Positions 1 to 13,018 of a DNA stretch of 64,000 bases are shown piece by piece. The notes under the pieces were generated by a model, which did not search any database, was not told where the DNA came from, and was given only the letters and a program-made list of their open reading frames with translations. A program made the position numbers and the translations under genes. Position 1 is the stretch's first letter. Each line of letters starts with the position of its first letter. The stretch is from Squalus acanthias (lineage: Eukaryota), in assembly GCA_030390025.1 (NCBI GenBank), contig CM059433.1, positions 7,566,001 through 7,630,000 of the forward strand, read 5' to 3'.

Positions 1-600
1 TTTCTGACCGGCATGGACAAGATGGGCCAAATGGCCTCCTTCTGTGTCATAATTTTTCTATGATTCTATCATCTGACACTGAGCACGTGGACAGGTATCA
101 GTTGCTCAAAGAGAGCCAGCATGCATTTTTGAAGTGTAGGTCATGTCTGACTAATCTAATTGAATTTTATGAGGAGGTTACTAGCATGGTGGATAGGGGA
201 CTGTCTATGGATGTTGTCTATATGGACTTCCAGAAGGTATTTGATAAGGTTCCGCATAACAGATTATTAGCAAAAATGATAGTGCATGGAATTGGAGGTA
301 ACCTTTTGACATAGATTAGTAATTGCTTGGGAGATAAGAGACAGTGAGTAGGGTTAAAGGGAACATTCTCTGATTGGCAAAATGTGACAAGTGGTGTTCC
401 CCAGGGATCTGTTCTGAGGCCTCAGCTTTTCACCATATGTATTAATGACTTGGATGAAGGAATAGAGAGTTGTATATTCAATTTTCACATGACACTAAGT
501 TAGGAGGCACAGTAAGCTGTGTAGATGATAGCAGGAAGTTACAAAGGGACATAGACAGACTAAGTGAGTGGGCAAAACTATTGATGGAGTGCAATGTGTT
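1..600 (+). mobile_element. CR1 LINE remnants: 3' tail (1-68) followed by a degenerate RT fragment
   Basis: ORF 60-314 SCLTNLIEFYEEVT..VDVVYMDFQKVFDKVPH; downstream [12 protein letters not shown] DNA with stops and frameshifts. Confidence 0.9.
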
Positions 601-2469
601 GATAATTAGTTGGCCCACTAGCTAAATTAAACTTCCACTCCTGTACTACAATAAAAGCCTTACACAAACCTATTTCAGACTTTAACAAAGGATTTTGTTT
701 ATGTCTTTGTCTAAGATTTAATTAAAGGCTACAGAATTTCACAGAACTACTTGATTATATGCTTTATGTGTCAACAACAAAATGACCAAATGAACATGAT
801 TAAAACATTCAGCTGGACTTACTTACTAAAGAAACAAAATAGTTTCAGCCACATATTTCCGCGAAGTAAACGTTCTCTCTCTCTGAAATATATGTAGATT
901 ACATTTAATACTCAGGTATGTGCGGTAATATACTGGCACCCTCCTTAAGATGGTTCTATGTTGTAATCAGGAAGAGTGCATTCTGGATTAGTGCCAGTTC
1001 ATCATGAGGTCTGTCTCATAGATCCCATTTACACTCATTCCGTCTCTTTCTGTAATGAAACAAAGTCTTTGACATTTTATTTCAAGGTATATATTTAGTT
1101 CTGTCTGCGTTGTACACTCTTTACCAGTTTGTCCTCTCTCTGTCATCCTTCTTTCAAATGGTCATATTCTGTGTCTCTACATACTTTTTTTTTATCCTGT
1201 TCTATTTCTTTCTCTCCATTTAAAACCTATTTTTCTCAGCTCCCATGTATCCCCTGCTGAGCAAAAAGGCCAGCACCCTGCTTTCAAATTTCTGGTAGTG
1301 TTGATCTTGAACCTGCCATTAGGAGGTATTGAGAACATCAGGGGCAATTTGCCTGCTAAAGTTCCCTAATTGTGTGGTAAAACACTTTATCTTGCTTAAC
1401 ATCATCCTAACACCACAACTGCGGGTGGAAACTCATGCGTGGGGATTTCTATCTTTCCTCCCTCCCTGTTTTCAAATATCTTTTCCTATGGTCTGTTTGA
1501 CACGTTAAAACTAGATGATTTATCATTTTTGAAACAGCTGTTCTGTAAGCAGGCATTGAAATATCTTTTCTCAGCATTTTCTCTACTTTCCTCCTTTTAA
1601 TTTCTTTCTGTCAAATACTGAGTCATTCCTCTCTCATCCACTGCCTTTATGGCTCCTAATGCTACCACCAATTACCAACAACATTTAAATTCTCTTTAAT
1701 CTTGCACAGTCAACATCAAACCTTAGTTCATAAGAGTTGGTTGTTTTTTGAGTAATAAAAAAAACCTGTTCCTGCTAAAAGCAGAGCTAACTACAATGGT
1801 TTATTTTTGACTGAAGTTAATCTCACAATTATTAAGTATAAGCCAAATATGGTGGCATGTAGCTAAGAGTTATGAGAATACAAGAGAACAGATTAATAGA
1901 ACATAACCAGAAATTGGGGAAAGCAAGTAAAAATCTTATCTCAGAAAATCTTGCATATGCCATCAAACTGAAACCAATCATGAGAGGAATGATTGATTTC
2001 AGCATAAAGTCCAACACAGTAATGGTATGAAGTGAGAGGTTGGTTACCAATAGCGATACTATTCCATAACATTGTATTATTGAGGTAAAGATTAGTCAAG
2101 TCTATAGCTGTGAGGAAGTTATTAGCAGAGATGTTCTTTGATTTATTTTGGACCACAGAATTTGCAGAGTAACCATCATAAATACATAGACAGCTCTCTG
2201 CCTAAGCCTATCTTTGCAGTCTCTGGTTTTATTTGCTTACCAATGCGATATTGTTGCTGTAATGAAAGGTCAAGAGTTGTTGTGGTTACTAGCACTACAA
2301 AGCATGGTTTCAGCCAAATTTTAAATTCTATGGGCTAGAAATTCATTATAGCCCAGGAATGGGTAGTAAAATTAGAAAAGTTGGAGAATTAGCTCACTAC
2401 TCAAAGAAATGATTGAAGCGCTAATTCAAGTCTTTAAGCCCAAGCTCATTGGCGTTACACTCAAAGGGT

Positions 2470-2809
2470 ACCCGGTGCGGAGGGGAGCGGGCAGATCGGA
2501 GGACCTCCTCATAGGACTGCTCCTGGGCCTGGCCAAAGTGGCCATTAACTGGTCCAGGCAGTGGGCAGTCGAGGGGGTCGTTCGGCCCAACTGCCTGCCT
2601 CTCTTCCGCGGCCACGTTCGCGCCTGGATGGCCCTGGAGATGGAGCACGCGGTGTCCGCCAGCACGCTCGAGGCCTTCCGCAACCGGTGAGCGCCGCGGG
2701 GACTGGAGTGCATCATCACCCCGGCCAACAAAATTTTAATTTAATTTGTTAAGTTTCATTTAAAGTTTTATTAGTTACAGTTTATTTGGTTTAGTGTGCA
2801 TTAAAAGAG
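2470..2809 (+). mobile_element. Tx1/L1-clade non-LTR retrotransposon 3' fragment nested in Harbinger
   Basis: 14-bp TSD TACACTCAAAGGGT at 2456-2469 and 2810-2823; LLLGLAKVAINWSR..AFRNR resembles the L1/Tx1 ORF2 C-terminus; T-rich 3' UTR. Confidence 0.75.
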
Positions 2810-3004
2810 TACACTCAAAGGGTGAGCCAATATCAGGTGCAGTCTAATCGCAAGTCATGATTGCCACAGGCTTTTTCCAGTTCTTAAAGGGGAGGTTCAT
2901 TGATGCTGCAGAACTTCATTCTCAGCATTGGTGGCTGTGCAGCTGCCTCAGCAAGCAGCAGCAGGTCAAGGAGAAGGAACCGGACGACTCAAGCAGCTGT
3001 ACTC

Positions 3005-4827
3005 ATGGCAGATCCACGCCCCAGGCAGAGAGCCCACAGATTCAGTGATCAAGCATTGGAGGTGTTGGTGTTTGCTATGGAGAGACGGAGGACGATGCTC
3101 TACCCGGCAAGTGGCAGGAGGCCCTCACCGCAAGTCTTCCGCACCATGTGAAGGGAGGTAGCGCAGCACATCTCGGGCAGCATTCTGGTCCCCAGGACCC
3201 ACACACAGTGCAGGAAGAAATTTAACGACCTCACTCGGGTGGTCAGGGTGAGTGAATGCTTCAACAACTGCTACATACCACCATCTGAACCACCGTGTTC
3301 ACACACTGCCCAAAGCACCACACCCCCAGCACTCACCCACCAACAATCTCTACCTACCAACACTCACGCCCACATCTCACACCTTGCACACAATGAGAGC
3401 TATTCAACTATGGTATGCACATTACCCAAACACATTGCTCCACACTCACTCGCACACTTTCCTTTCTCTTGCAGGCCAAGGTGGCTCACTACAGGAGGGA
3501 GCAGGAGCGCACAGGTGGGGGACAAGCCGACACCCAACCACTGTCTGCGCTGGAAAATAGAGTGCTGCAGCTTATTGGCGCCAGGTAGTGGGTGCCATGG
3601 CCACCGGCGACATTGACCCCCTTGGGGACAACAACAGTATGTTCATCCCTACTCCTTCTCACATCCCACTTCCCCCTCACCCCACAAACGTTTTGCACTT
3701 TCCAGCTAATCATGCTGTATGCATGCATTTCTCCCTTCCTGCCCCCTTCACCTTAACCCGACTCTTGTGTCTTTATGCTTTCAAATAATGAGCAAGCACC
3801 TGAGCAGCCTGTCCCTGAGGGCACCGTAGAGCGCGAGGCGGGGGAAGAGGAAGAACACACTACGTCACTGCATGTCTCACCCGCAGGCACCAGCTCAGAT
3901 ACTGGCACTACACGTTCTTTAGAGGCTAATATATTAGTGGGATCTGCAAAGGGTGAGGCACCGGGGACGAGTGGCCTGCAGCAAGGCCAGGAGGAAAGGG
4001 TAGCTCGGGGGCCAGCTCCCCGGAGGGCGCATTCGCACGTGAGTTCTGTTGCACAAGACTCGGATGAAGACCTCGATGGGGAGGCGTTTAGAAGAAGGGT
4101 GATGGGCATGCACACGGAGATGATAGGTGCAATGGCAAGGGTGCCTGAGAGCCTGTCTGCAATGATAAGGAGCGTGGAGGAGTCCGACTCCAACATTGCA
4201 CAAGGCTCTGCGCACACCATGGAGCCCATCATTTCCAGTCTGCAAAGGATGGTAGACTCCCAGAGAGACAGTGGCGACCCAGACCTGATGCCGCGTGTGA
4301 TGGCCGATTTGGCAGCTTCCACTGCAGCACAAGCAGAAGTGATGCAACGTCTTAGTGCTGTAATGGAGTCTATGGTTGGTGGCATCCAATCTCAGACTGC
4401 TCTCATGCAGGCTCTGACTGCTGCCATCGTGGCTGGTTCTACCACCGTCGACCAGAGCTTTCACGGTGTCGCAGCAGTCCAGCAATCTATGCTCCAACAG
4501 ATTGCTAGGGATGCTGAGGTGCTGCCCCGGGGGAGTGGCAGTGGGTCAGTGGAGCAGGAAGCTGCTGTCCTCTCTCAGGATGACAGAATTCCTGCACCCA
4601 CCACTGCCACGCCACCATTGCCCTTGTCACTGCCTGTCATCCAGCCAACCCAGACTGCTGCCACCCATGCTGAGGTGGTGCAGTCTACAGCCGGGCCTTC
4701 CAGGACTAGAGCTGGTCGAGGACGTCCTACAAGTCCATCTGAAGTCTCCCGCACGGACATTCAGCAGCCTTCCACCAGCCGTGCTGCAGCCACTGGGCCA
4801 ACGCTTCGTATGAGCACTAGAGCTTGA
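3005..4827 (+). pseudogene. Harbinger Myb/SANT-like gene, 3 exons (3005-3247, 3475-3636, 3785-4827)
   Basis: MADPRPRQRAHRFSDQALEVLV..QCRKKFNDLTR; GTGAGT donor at 3248, TTGCAG acceptor at 3474, GTATGT donor at 3637; TGA at 3149, disrupted exon 2, second acceptor reads AA; 3' end truncated. Confidence 0.85.
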
Positions 4828-5539
4828 TATGGTGGCTGGAAGAGTGCTAGCGCAGGATGAAGGCATCGTGGCTGCTGCCAGGATAGCGGGCATTGACATT
4901 GAGGATTAGCTGTCTGTGGTCGCACACCAACTGCACATTAAGTGAGTGGTAGCCTTTGCGGTTACGGAAGATCTCAGGATTGTTATGTGTTGCCAGCAAA
5001 GCCACGTGGGTGCAGTCAATGGCGCCCTGCACCATGGGGAATCCCGCTATCCTGGCAAAGCCACATGCGCGCTCGTCCTGCTTCTCTCTGGTGATGGGGA
5101 AGGAAATGTAGTCCCTTCTACTGTAGAGAGCCTCTGTGACCTCTCAGATGCAACGATGGACGGTGAACTGCGAGATGTTAGCTATGTCTTCTGTTGCAGA
5201 CTGGAAGGATCTGCTGGCAAAGAAATTGAGGGCGATGGTGACCTTGATTGCCACTGAGAGAGCCGTGGTCACCCTGATCTGAGGCTGGAGGTCAGGTTGC
5301 AGGAGGTGGCAGTGTTCTGTAACCACCTCCTTGGTGAAGTGGAGCCTTCTAATATACTGTTCCTCTAATAATTGGAGGTAGAAGTGCTCTCGGAATACCC
5401 TTGGAGGGTAAGGCCTCCTGTTGAGAGCCCTCATGGCCCTCCTCCTCCCTCTGGCCACATGTTCCAGTCTTTCTCGCTGCCTCCACTCCCTCCGCCGTAG
5501 ATCCTGGAGGGTGAGGTCAACTGCCAGTACAACCCCCAT
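4828..5539 (-). pseudogene. Harbinger DDE transposase, N-terminal half
   Basis: RRPYPPRVFRE, ALNFFASRSFQ, GAIDCTHV, RKGYHSLNVQLVCD, YPGSSHDAFILR; in-frame stop at 5144; truncated at the junction with the Myb gene. Confidence 0.92.
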
Positions 5540-7104
5540 TAATGTAACTAAGTGTGACTGTTTGATTTTTTAAAGAATAAATGTAGCTACTTTTTAGTTG
5601 CCACATCACTCCTGATACTAAATAACCTTGAAATTTAGGAATGACACTGTTGCACTATGTGAAACTGACAAGCACTGAAACTCCACTAACCTACAGCTGC
5701 GACTCCCTACTGATGATCCCTTTAAGTAACGTCCCTGGAGCTGGCTTCCTGCTGCTTCACGCCAGCTCTCCCTGTCGCTGTTTACTTCAGGCACTAAGGT
5801 AGGTGGTGACAATCAATTTCACAGACTGGGCGGCCAGTGAGCGTTGCACACTCACTGGCGTCACAATCCACCTGGCTTTGAGGTTCCCGGCGATAACTGT
5901 TAGCGGTAGCGGGATTTGGCGTGCGGTGTTGGATTTGCCTCACCCCGGCGATATTACTCTAGCGCCCCGTTAGCGCCATGTGCTGGACCCCCCCCACCCC
6001 CCCACCAGCTAAGGAACCGAATTTTCCCCCTATTGTGTTTGTATTATTACATTGATATAATTTTAAACCACTTATTTTCCAAATAAGGAAGCTATTTTTA
6101 AACTATTACAGACAAAGTGCTGCAAAGAATTACAGACAAAGTGCCTCACTAATATCAACATTACATGAACTTTTGCCGCTGTAAAAAAGCCTGTAGTAAA
6201 TGCTACATAGCATTGTACAGGCATTTACCTAGACATGAGTCACAACATTTTTTGTACTAACCTTATGAGTTCTTATTTGCTTATGTCAACATACATTACA
6301 AATGGACTTGTACACTTGATTTTCCTGTAATCATCCTCAATGTAGATTTAATAAGCCACACAGATGAGTAAAACCTTGGCATCAGTACTGAACTCAAATG
6401 CAATTTCTAAAATTCTAATCAAATGTCAAGAGACTTGGAAAAGCCATTCAATTAAAATACTTTGTCTTAATATAGAGTGATGAATGGCCTGACACATTGG
6501 GAGTGGTTGGGAAACAGTCTTCTAAAATACACAATTACCATTTTTTTTAAGAACTGCGATGAGAATTGTAATTATGTTAAACTAGAGGTTTGAGACAGGA
6601 GAAATATAGAATATGTATCTTCTGAAAATTTAAAAACACTGTAAATAAAGTCAAATATTTTCCGTCAATTCTCATTCTGGAGAGTTTCAGTACAATTGAA
6701 AATGAATTTGGGACTGAAGCTTCGAAACTCTAAACTTTTTGTGAACATCTTGGGTATAGTCAAGATACATAGAAAAAACTTGGGTGAAAAATTCGGCTCC
6801 GTTGCGCCCGATTTTTCGGCGCGACGGATGCCGTTTTGTGCCAAAAATGGCGTCTGCGCCGTGCACGCACACTTCTGTTGCATGCCGCACCGGATGCCAC
6901 CTTGGTGAGGGCGGGCGTTAGGAGCGCGCAGATCGTAATGTCAATCAGAGTGCAAAGCTGATTTGACGCCAGCGCTGCCATTTTTGTCATCTATGCTGGA
7001 GCTAATGCCCTGTGTAAACCTCGCATAGCTGATCATGCATTCAGCAGCAGCAAGGACCCCCCACTAGCGATATTTAAGGGGATCAGGAAACACTCTTAAG
7101 GTTA

Positions 7105-7993
7105 AAAACATAGAAAAATAGGAGCAGGAGTAGGCCATTCGGCCCTTCAAGCCTGCTCCGCCATTCAATATGATCATGGCTGATCCTCTATCTCAACACC
7201 ATATTCCTGCTCTCTCCCCATACCCCTTGATGCCTTTTGTGTCTAGAAATCTATCTATCTCCTTCTTAAATATATTCAGTGACTTGGCCTCCACAGCCTT
7301 CTGTGGTAGAGAATTCCACAGGTTCACCACCCTCTGAGTGAAGAAATTTCTCCTCATCTCAGTCCTAAATGTCCTACCCCATATCCTGAGACTGTGACCC
7401 CTCGTTCTAGACCCCCCAGCCAGGGGAAACATCCTCCCTGCATCCAGTCTGTCTAGCCCTGTCAGAATTTTATACGTTTCAATGAGATCCCCTCTCATTC
7501 TTCTAAACTCTAGTGAATACAGGCCTAGTCGACCCAATCTCTCCTCATACGACAGTCCTGCCATCCCAGGAATCAGTCTGATGAACCTTCGCTGCACTCC
7601 CTCTATGGCAAGTATATCCTTTCTTAGGTAAGGAGACCAAAACTGCGCACACTACTCCAGGTGTGGTCTCACCAAGGCCCTGTATAACTGCAGTAAGACA
7701 CCCTTGCTCCTGTACTCAAATCCTCTTGCAATGAAGGCTAACATACCATTTGCCTTCCTAACTGCTTGCTGCACCTGCATGTTTGCTTTCAGTGACTGGT
7801 GTACAAGGACACCCAGGTCCCTCTGTACATCAACATTTCCCAATCTATCACCATTTAAATAATACTCTGCCTTTCTGTTTTTCCTACCGAAGTGGATAAC
7901 TTCACATTTATCCATGTTGTACTGCATCTGCCATGTATTTGCCCACTCACTCAACTTGTCTAAATCGCCTTGAAGCCTCTTTGCATCCTCCTC
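7105..7993 (-). mobile_element. CR1 LINE, 5'-truncated
   Basis: ORF2 C-terminus (ORFs 7193-7597, 7652-7954), CR1 3' UTR; TSD AAGGTTA at 7098-7104 and 7994-8000. Confidence 0.95.
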
Positions 7994-8160
7994 AAGGTTA
8001 GTCGCTGATTGATTTCTACTGGCTCTGTGTAAGTTTGTGGAACTGCTTGGAGCTTTCTAGAGTTGTTTAAAGTTGGTGAGGTGACGGGGATTGGTGCTGC
8101 AAGTGGAGAAGGCCTTGGATCTGACCTCAGGGGTTCTGGTTAGACAACTTGCTCCCAGTC

Positions 8161-9713
8161 ATGGGTGCTCTAGTTGCCATCTCCCTTGACCTGCAGCATG
8201 ACAAGGAGATGGAGCAGAGGCAGCAAAGAAGAGGTCAAGCTGCTCGCACATGGAGAGGGAGGGGGAGAAGGGCTCTCAGCAGGAGGCCTTACCCACCTAT
8301 GGTCTTCCGAGAGCAATTCTCTTACCTCAGCCTGAGCCAGGAGCAATGTGTGAGGTGTCTGCACTTTACGAAGGAGGTGCTCACAGAACTCTGCCACCTC
8401 TTGCAACCAGACCTGCAGCCTCACACCAGGGCAAGGACAGCACTGCCAGTGGCTGTGAAGGTGACCGTGGCCCTGAATTTCTTCGTGTCAGGATCCTTCC
8501 AGGCTGGAGCAGGCAACATCTGTAATGGTCCTGAAATTGTGGTTTCCGTGAGAATGCGCATGCGTGAAATCTGGATCTTGCAATCTGTACGCCTTGTCAG
8601 ATCATCTGAACCGCCTCAAAAATGAGTATCGCTAGCACAGAGTTGGGCTATTTGCCCAACAACTGCCCAGCAATTGCCCATGCAACTCTTACGGCTGGTA
8701 AAAGCAGGCGTAGGGCCTGCTTTCATCAGCGTAAGGATATACATAAATCTTAAATAAAACATTTAAAAATCCCAAATTATGCACATACACTTTAAATGAG
8801 TTTAAGATGTTTAAAATTATTTATCAAAAAATTAATTTTTTAGTGATGTTGGTACAATGAAGGAACTTATGAATAAAATTGCAATTCAGTACATTTATAA
8901 TTATTAGAATTCTGTACATTGTATAATTATTTGGGGATTCCCTTCGTAAGTGATTGCAATGGAATCCTCCTTTGTCATTGGAGGACCGGACCCCTGTGGT
9001 CCCAGGGACGCTTCTGAACCGCCTGATTTACGCTGCCATCCACCTGGAGACCCGAGACCGCAACTCTTCACAGCCTGGACGCCAGGAGGTACTTTCAGAA
9101 TTGTTTCGTGGGTCGGAGGCGTACTCTGGATGTACGCCTCCCACCGCAATTTCTAGGCCAATATTTCCCAGTTCGCTATCCACTGCTGCATGAGAGAGGT
9201 GACAGATGTTCTCTATGCCAGGAGAGGGGACTTCATTATCTTCTCTCTGAACATATTCTGCGCCAGTCCGCTGTTCCCTCGGTCTTTGAGCCAACACATC
9301 AAACTAGAGGTTGGCTGCTGGGTGACAAGGGCTATCCCTTGGCCACCTGGCTCATGACTCCACTCCGCAATCCAACCACACGTAGCCAACATGCGTACAA
9401 TGAGAGCCATGCTGCCACACAAAACATCATAGAGTAGACCATTGGGGTGCTGAAGCAATGGTTCCGCTGCTTGGACCACTCTGGAGGAGCCCTGCAGTAC
9501 TCACCAGAGTGCGTCACAAGATTCATTGTGGTCTGCTGCATGTTCCACAACCTCGCCATCATGAGGGCACAGCCCATGCCACCAGGCATACGGTGACCAG
9601 CTGAGGAGGAGGCGGAAGAGGAGGAGGAATAAGTAGAAGGGAAGAGGCAACCCAGACAGCCCCTTTCTGCCCGGGCTGTCCACGATCGACTCATCTGACT
9701 GTGGTTCCAGTGA
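8161..9713 (+). pseudogene. Harbinger transposase interrupted by a MITE and an internal deletion
   Basis: [46 protein letters not shown] region deleted near 9250; several stops. Confidence 0.9.
8527..9159. mobile_element. Harbinger-type MITE
   Basis: TIR GGTCCTGAAATTGTGG / CCGCAATTTCTAGGCC; AAT TSD at 8524-8526 and 9160-9162; splits the transposase at ICN|ISQF. Confidence 0.9.
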
Positions 9714-9881
9714 ACGCAACCCCAATTCCACATTCACCAATAGTCCCACACCTTACCATCACTCTGATACGGACCATCACATGTCCTCTTGGCCACAATG
9801 CTGAAATGAAAGCCACCACAAAACAAACATTCAAATTCAACTTTATACATCAATCCATCCAATATTACATAAAAAAGTCAA

Positions 9882-11149
9882 CTAATCACCCTTGTGCATT
9901 CCCTTAGTGCCTGTCTTCCACGTGCCTTTGTCTGCCCTAGCGCTCCTACGAAGTGATACCCCAGTGGCTGCACCATAGCTGGTGGAAGGCTGCTGACTTT
10001 CAGTTGGGGGTACTGCAGATGGCCTTGCAGGACGACCTCGAGCAGCTGTGGGCCTAGAAGGCTCAGCTGTAGACTGCACCACCTCGACATGGGTGGCAGC
10101 GGTCTGGGCTGGCTGGCTGACAGCCAACAGCAAGGGCACTGGCGGAGTGGCAGTGCTGGGACCATGAATGCTGTCATCCTGAGAGAGGACAGCAGTTTCA
10201 TGCTCCACGGAGCCACTGCCACTACCCTGGGGCGGTGCCTCAACATTGCTAGCCATCAGTTGGAGGGCAGATTGCTGGACTGCTGTGACACCCTGCAAGC
10301 CCCTTTCCAGATTGGTAAATGCAGCCATGATGGCAGTATGAGCTTGCATGACCGAAGTCTGAGCTTCCACTGGAGCACTCAGACATTGGGTTGCTTCCGC
10401 CTGTGCTGCAATGGAAGCTGAGACATTGACCATCAGACCGTGCATCATGGTTGGTCAACAAGTGTGGTAATGGAGTTGGCCATCAATTCCATGCTGCAAA
10501 TCATGGGCTCCAAGCTCTGTGCAAAGCCATGTGCAAGGTTGGTGCCAGACTCCTCCATGCTCCTTGACATTGCACTCGGGTTTTAAGCAGGCCTGCCAAT
10601 GTACCAAGCATTTCAGCATGCACACCCATCAGCCTTCTTCTGTAGGCCGCTCCATCAAAGTACTCATCTGAGTCCTCTGCAGCAGAACTCATGTGTGACC
10701 TCGCCCTCCGGGGAGCTGGTACCCGCGCTACCCTTTCCCCCAGCCCTGGCTACAGGCCACTCATGCTCGGTGTCTCACCACGTGCAGATCCCACGTCTCG
10801 GCTATCCTCTAAAGTACGCGGAGTGTCAGTATCTGAGTTGGTGGCTGCGAGTGTGAAATCGAGTGACGCTGTGTCTTCATGATCACAGGTGGCAGTTGTT
10901 GGCTATCTGAAAGGAAAAAGGCACAAGGGTAAGGTTGTCATGAGGGGAGGGGGTGGCGGAAAGCAAGAGGTGCATGCTTACACCATCTGCAGCTTGTAAG
11001 TCAGAAGAGATAGTGGGATGAGGGGGAAGTGGGATGTGAGAAGGAGGATTAGGAATGAGGATACCGTCATCATGGATTGCTTCAGCCTCTTCGCTGTCCA
11101 CGGGCTCAGTGATTGCCCTCCCAATAATGGCCGCACAAGGAACCATCAC
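9882..11149 (-). pseudogene. Harbinger Myb-like gene 3' exons (intron 10907-11064)
   Basis: Homologous to 3588-4827 (GSGSGSVEHETAVLSQDD; DSDEYFDGAAYRRRLMG); GT-AG intron similar in sequence to 3637-3784; frameshifted. Confidence 0.85.
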
Positions 11150-11532
11150 TGAGTTGGCAAGTGGGAAACATCATGCAGATTTCTTAAAGTGATTGGCTAT
11201 TTCAAACAGACTCCTAAGCGACAGTCTGACAGGCTACCAACACTGAAGGCAGTTTCACTCCTTCCTGTCTACGAAGTGGAGGGCTGGATTGAACTGCCCA
11301 ATGACGATAAGCATCAGATAAATTGGAGAAATCAGATGTGTACAGATCAGTCTACAATAAGAGGGTAACACTGACGCTGCACCATATTTTAGTTTTTAAA
11401 GTTTCTGAGATCAGCATTTTTATCAGCAAAAGTTATAGTTTGTGTTAAAATTTTGTGTATTTTATAGAACCATTTTCTCTCTGAACAATTACACAGAAGT
11501 TTCTACAAGAAGCTTTGTCCCCTATAATCAGA

Positions 11533-11729
11533 TGTGGAGATGCCGGTGTTGGACTGGGGTGGACAAATGTGAGAAGTCGCACAACGCCAAGTTAGAGTCC
11601 AACAGCTTTATTTGAAATCACAAGCTTTCGGAGTGCTGCTCCTTCGTCACCTGACGAAGGAGCAGCACTCCGAAAGCTTGTGATTTCAAATAAAGCTGTT
11701 GGACTATAACCTGGTGTTGTGCGACTTCT
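11533..11729. mobile_element. Penelope-like element terminal repeat in inverted (palindromic) arrangement
   Basis: 79-bp arms 11571-11649 and 11652-11730 with 3 mismatches; CTGACGA-GGAG/CTCC-GAAA core; 13-bp TSD CCCTATAATCAGA at 11520-11532 and 11730-11742. Confidence 0.75.
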
Positions 11730-13018
11730 CCCTATAATCAGAAGCAGTGTTTTTTTCTGTAATTTTCACCTACAGAATTGTGTGACCTAAGTATTAATAA
11801 ATCTGTTTTTCCACTATTATGCTTACCATAAAAATGTGGTATTGTACTACTCTACTACACTTACTTCAGATTGACGGATATTAGACAGATTGACGGATAT
11901 TACACAGATCAGATTGGACAGGCAAAACAACTAATATATTAACTTACAAATATAAATAGAGATATGAAGAACAAACCATTCAACAAAATACAAAGCATAA
12001 TATAAATACAATGAGAAATGTCTGCAATGGGTTAATTACCCTTCATAAGAAATATTTATGGACATAAACAGAAAGACTATGTTGTTTTGTCCAGACATGG
12101 CCCTGGTTACTGACAAGGTGAGTTCAATTGGTTCTGCCTTCTTTTACCACTTTTGATATTGATGCAACATCTTTTACAGGGAGTTAAAAATAATTATTCC
12201 ATCTGATCTATTGTCAGAAATCACAAGAACTCCATTACTTTTTCAATGTTATATTGTTAACTATTGCTTTAAGTTGATTATCAGGGAAACTTACCATCAC
12301 ATATAAATGGACCAGGCTGCATTATAAATATCTGAATATATACATTATGCAAGAGGAGCTCAACAGGATTCACGTAATAGAATCAGCAGGACAATAACAA
12401 TTGGGTCTGCAGGGGCCCAAACACCTGTAACAATTTGCCATCAATCACTCAGTCAATGTTTGAAATTAATCCCTTTTAATTGTTGCTCAAAAAACACTGC
12501 TTTGATTAAAAAAGAAAACAGAGCAATTTAAAATTTGTGACAGAATAAATAACTTCATTGATGCCACCATAGCATTTAAATAAAGATACATGTCAAATAG
12601 GTAATTATTCTACTTTAGGAATTCACATGTGTGTTTATTTCAATGTTAAAAAAAAACCTTCTGTTTTCTTCTCTTTGATCTCTTCAGAACACATATTTTT
12701 CAGAGCCAAAAACATGAACATGCTACTGGCTCTTGGATCTTTACTGTTCTATTACCTCCACTAAGTTGTACATGAGAGCATGAGTGCATATGTTGTAACT
12801 CTCCCTCTGAATTTCCTTGCCTCCTTATGAGGCAATACCAGTGCTTCTGGTCAGTGCTTCCCCACAAAGGCACAGCCGAGATTGGCGACTCATCAAGTAA
12901 TGAATAACAGAAATAAATCTGAATCCGACTATTCCATGGCACAGCAAGTTAGAGCTCCAATGTGCCAGACTACCATTCCATCCTGAATTTCAGCAATTAA
13001 CCCCTGCAGTGACAAACG

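Larger units (their letters stand above)
2332..6030. mobile_element. PIF/Harbinger DNA transposon, two-gene, internally deleted
   Basis: Imperfect TIRs GGGCTAGAAATTC (2332) and GAATTTTCCCCC (6030); TAT TSD at 2329-2331 and 6031-6033; convergent Myb-like (+) and transposase (-) genes. Confidence 0.9.
6782..11150. mobile_element. PIF/Harbinger DNA transposon, decayed, with nested CR1 and MITE
   Basis: End GGGTGAAAAATTCGG at 6782; transposase (+) and Myb gene 3' exons (-) convergent; right end uncertain (possibly 11260, where CTT follows as it precedes 6782). Confidence 0.85.

Noticed and set aside
3775..4827. Novel 350-aa host protein
   Set aside because: It is the last exon of the Harbinger Myb gene; the ORF's start ATG is intronic and a decayed homologue lies at 9882-10906.
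11866..11905. Short tandem duplications (also 6104-6144)
   Set aside because: Two-copy slippage events with no further structure.
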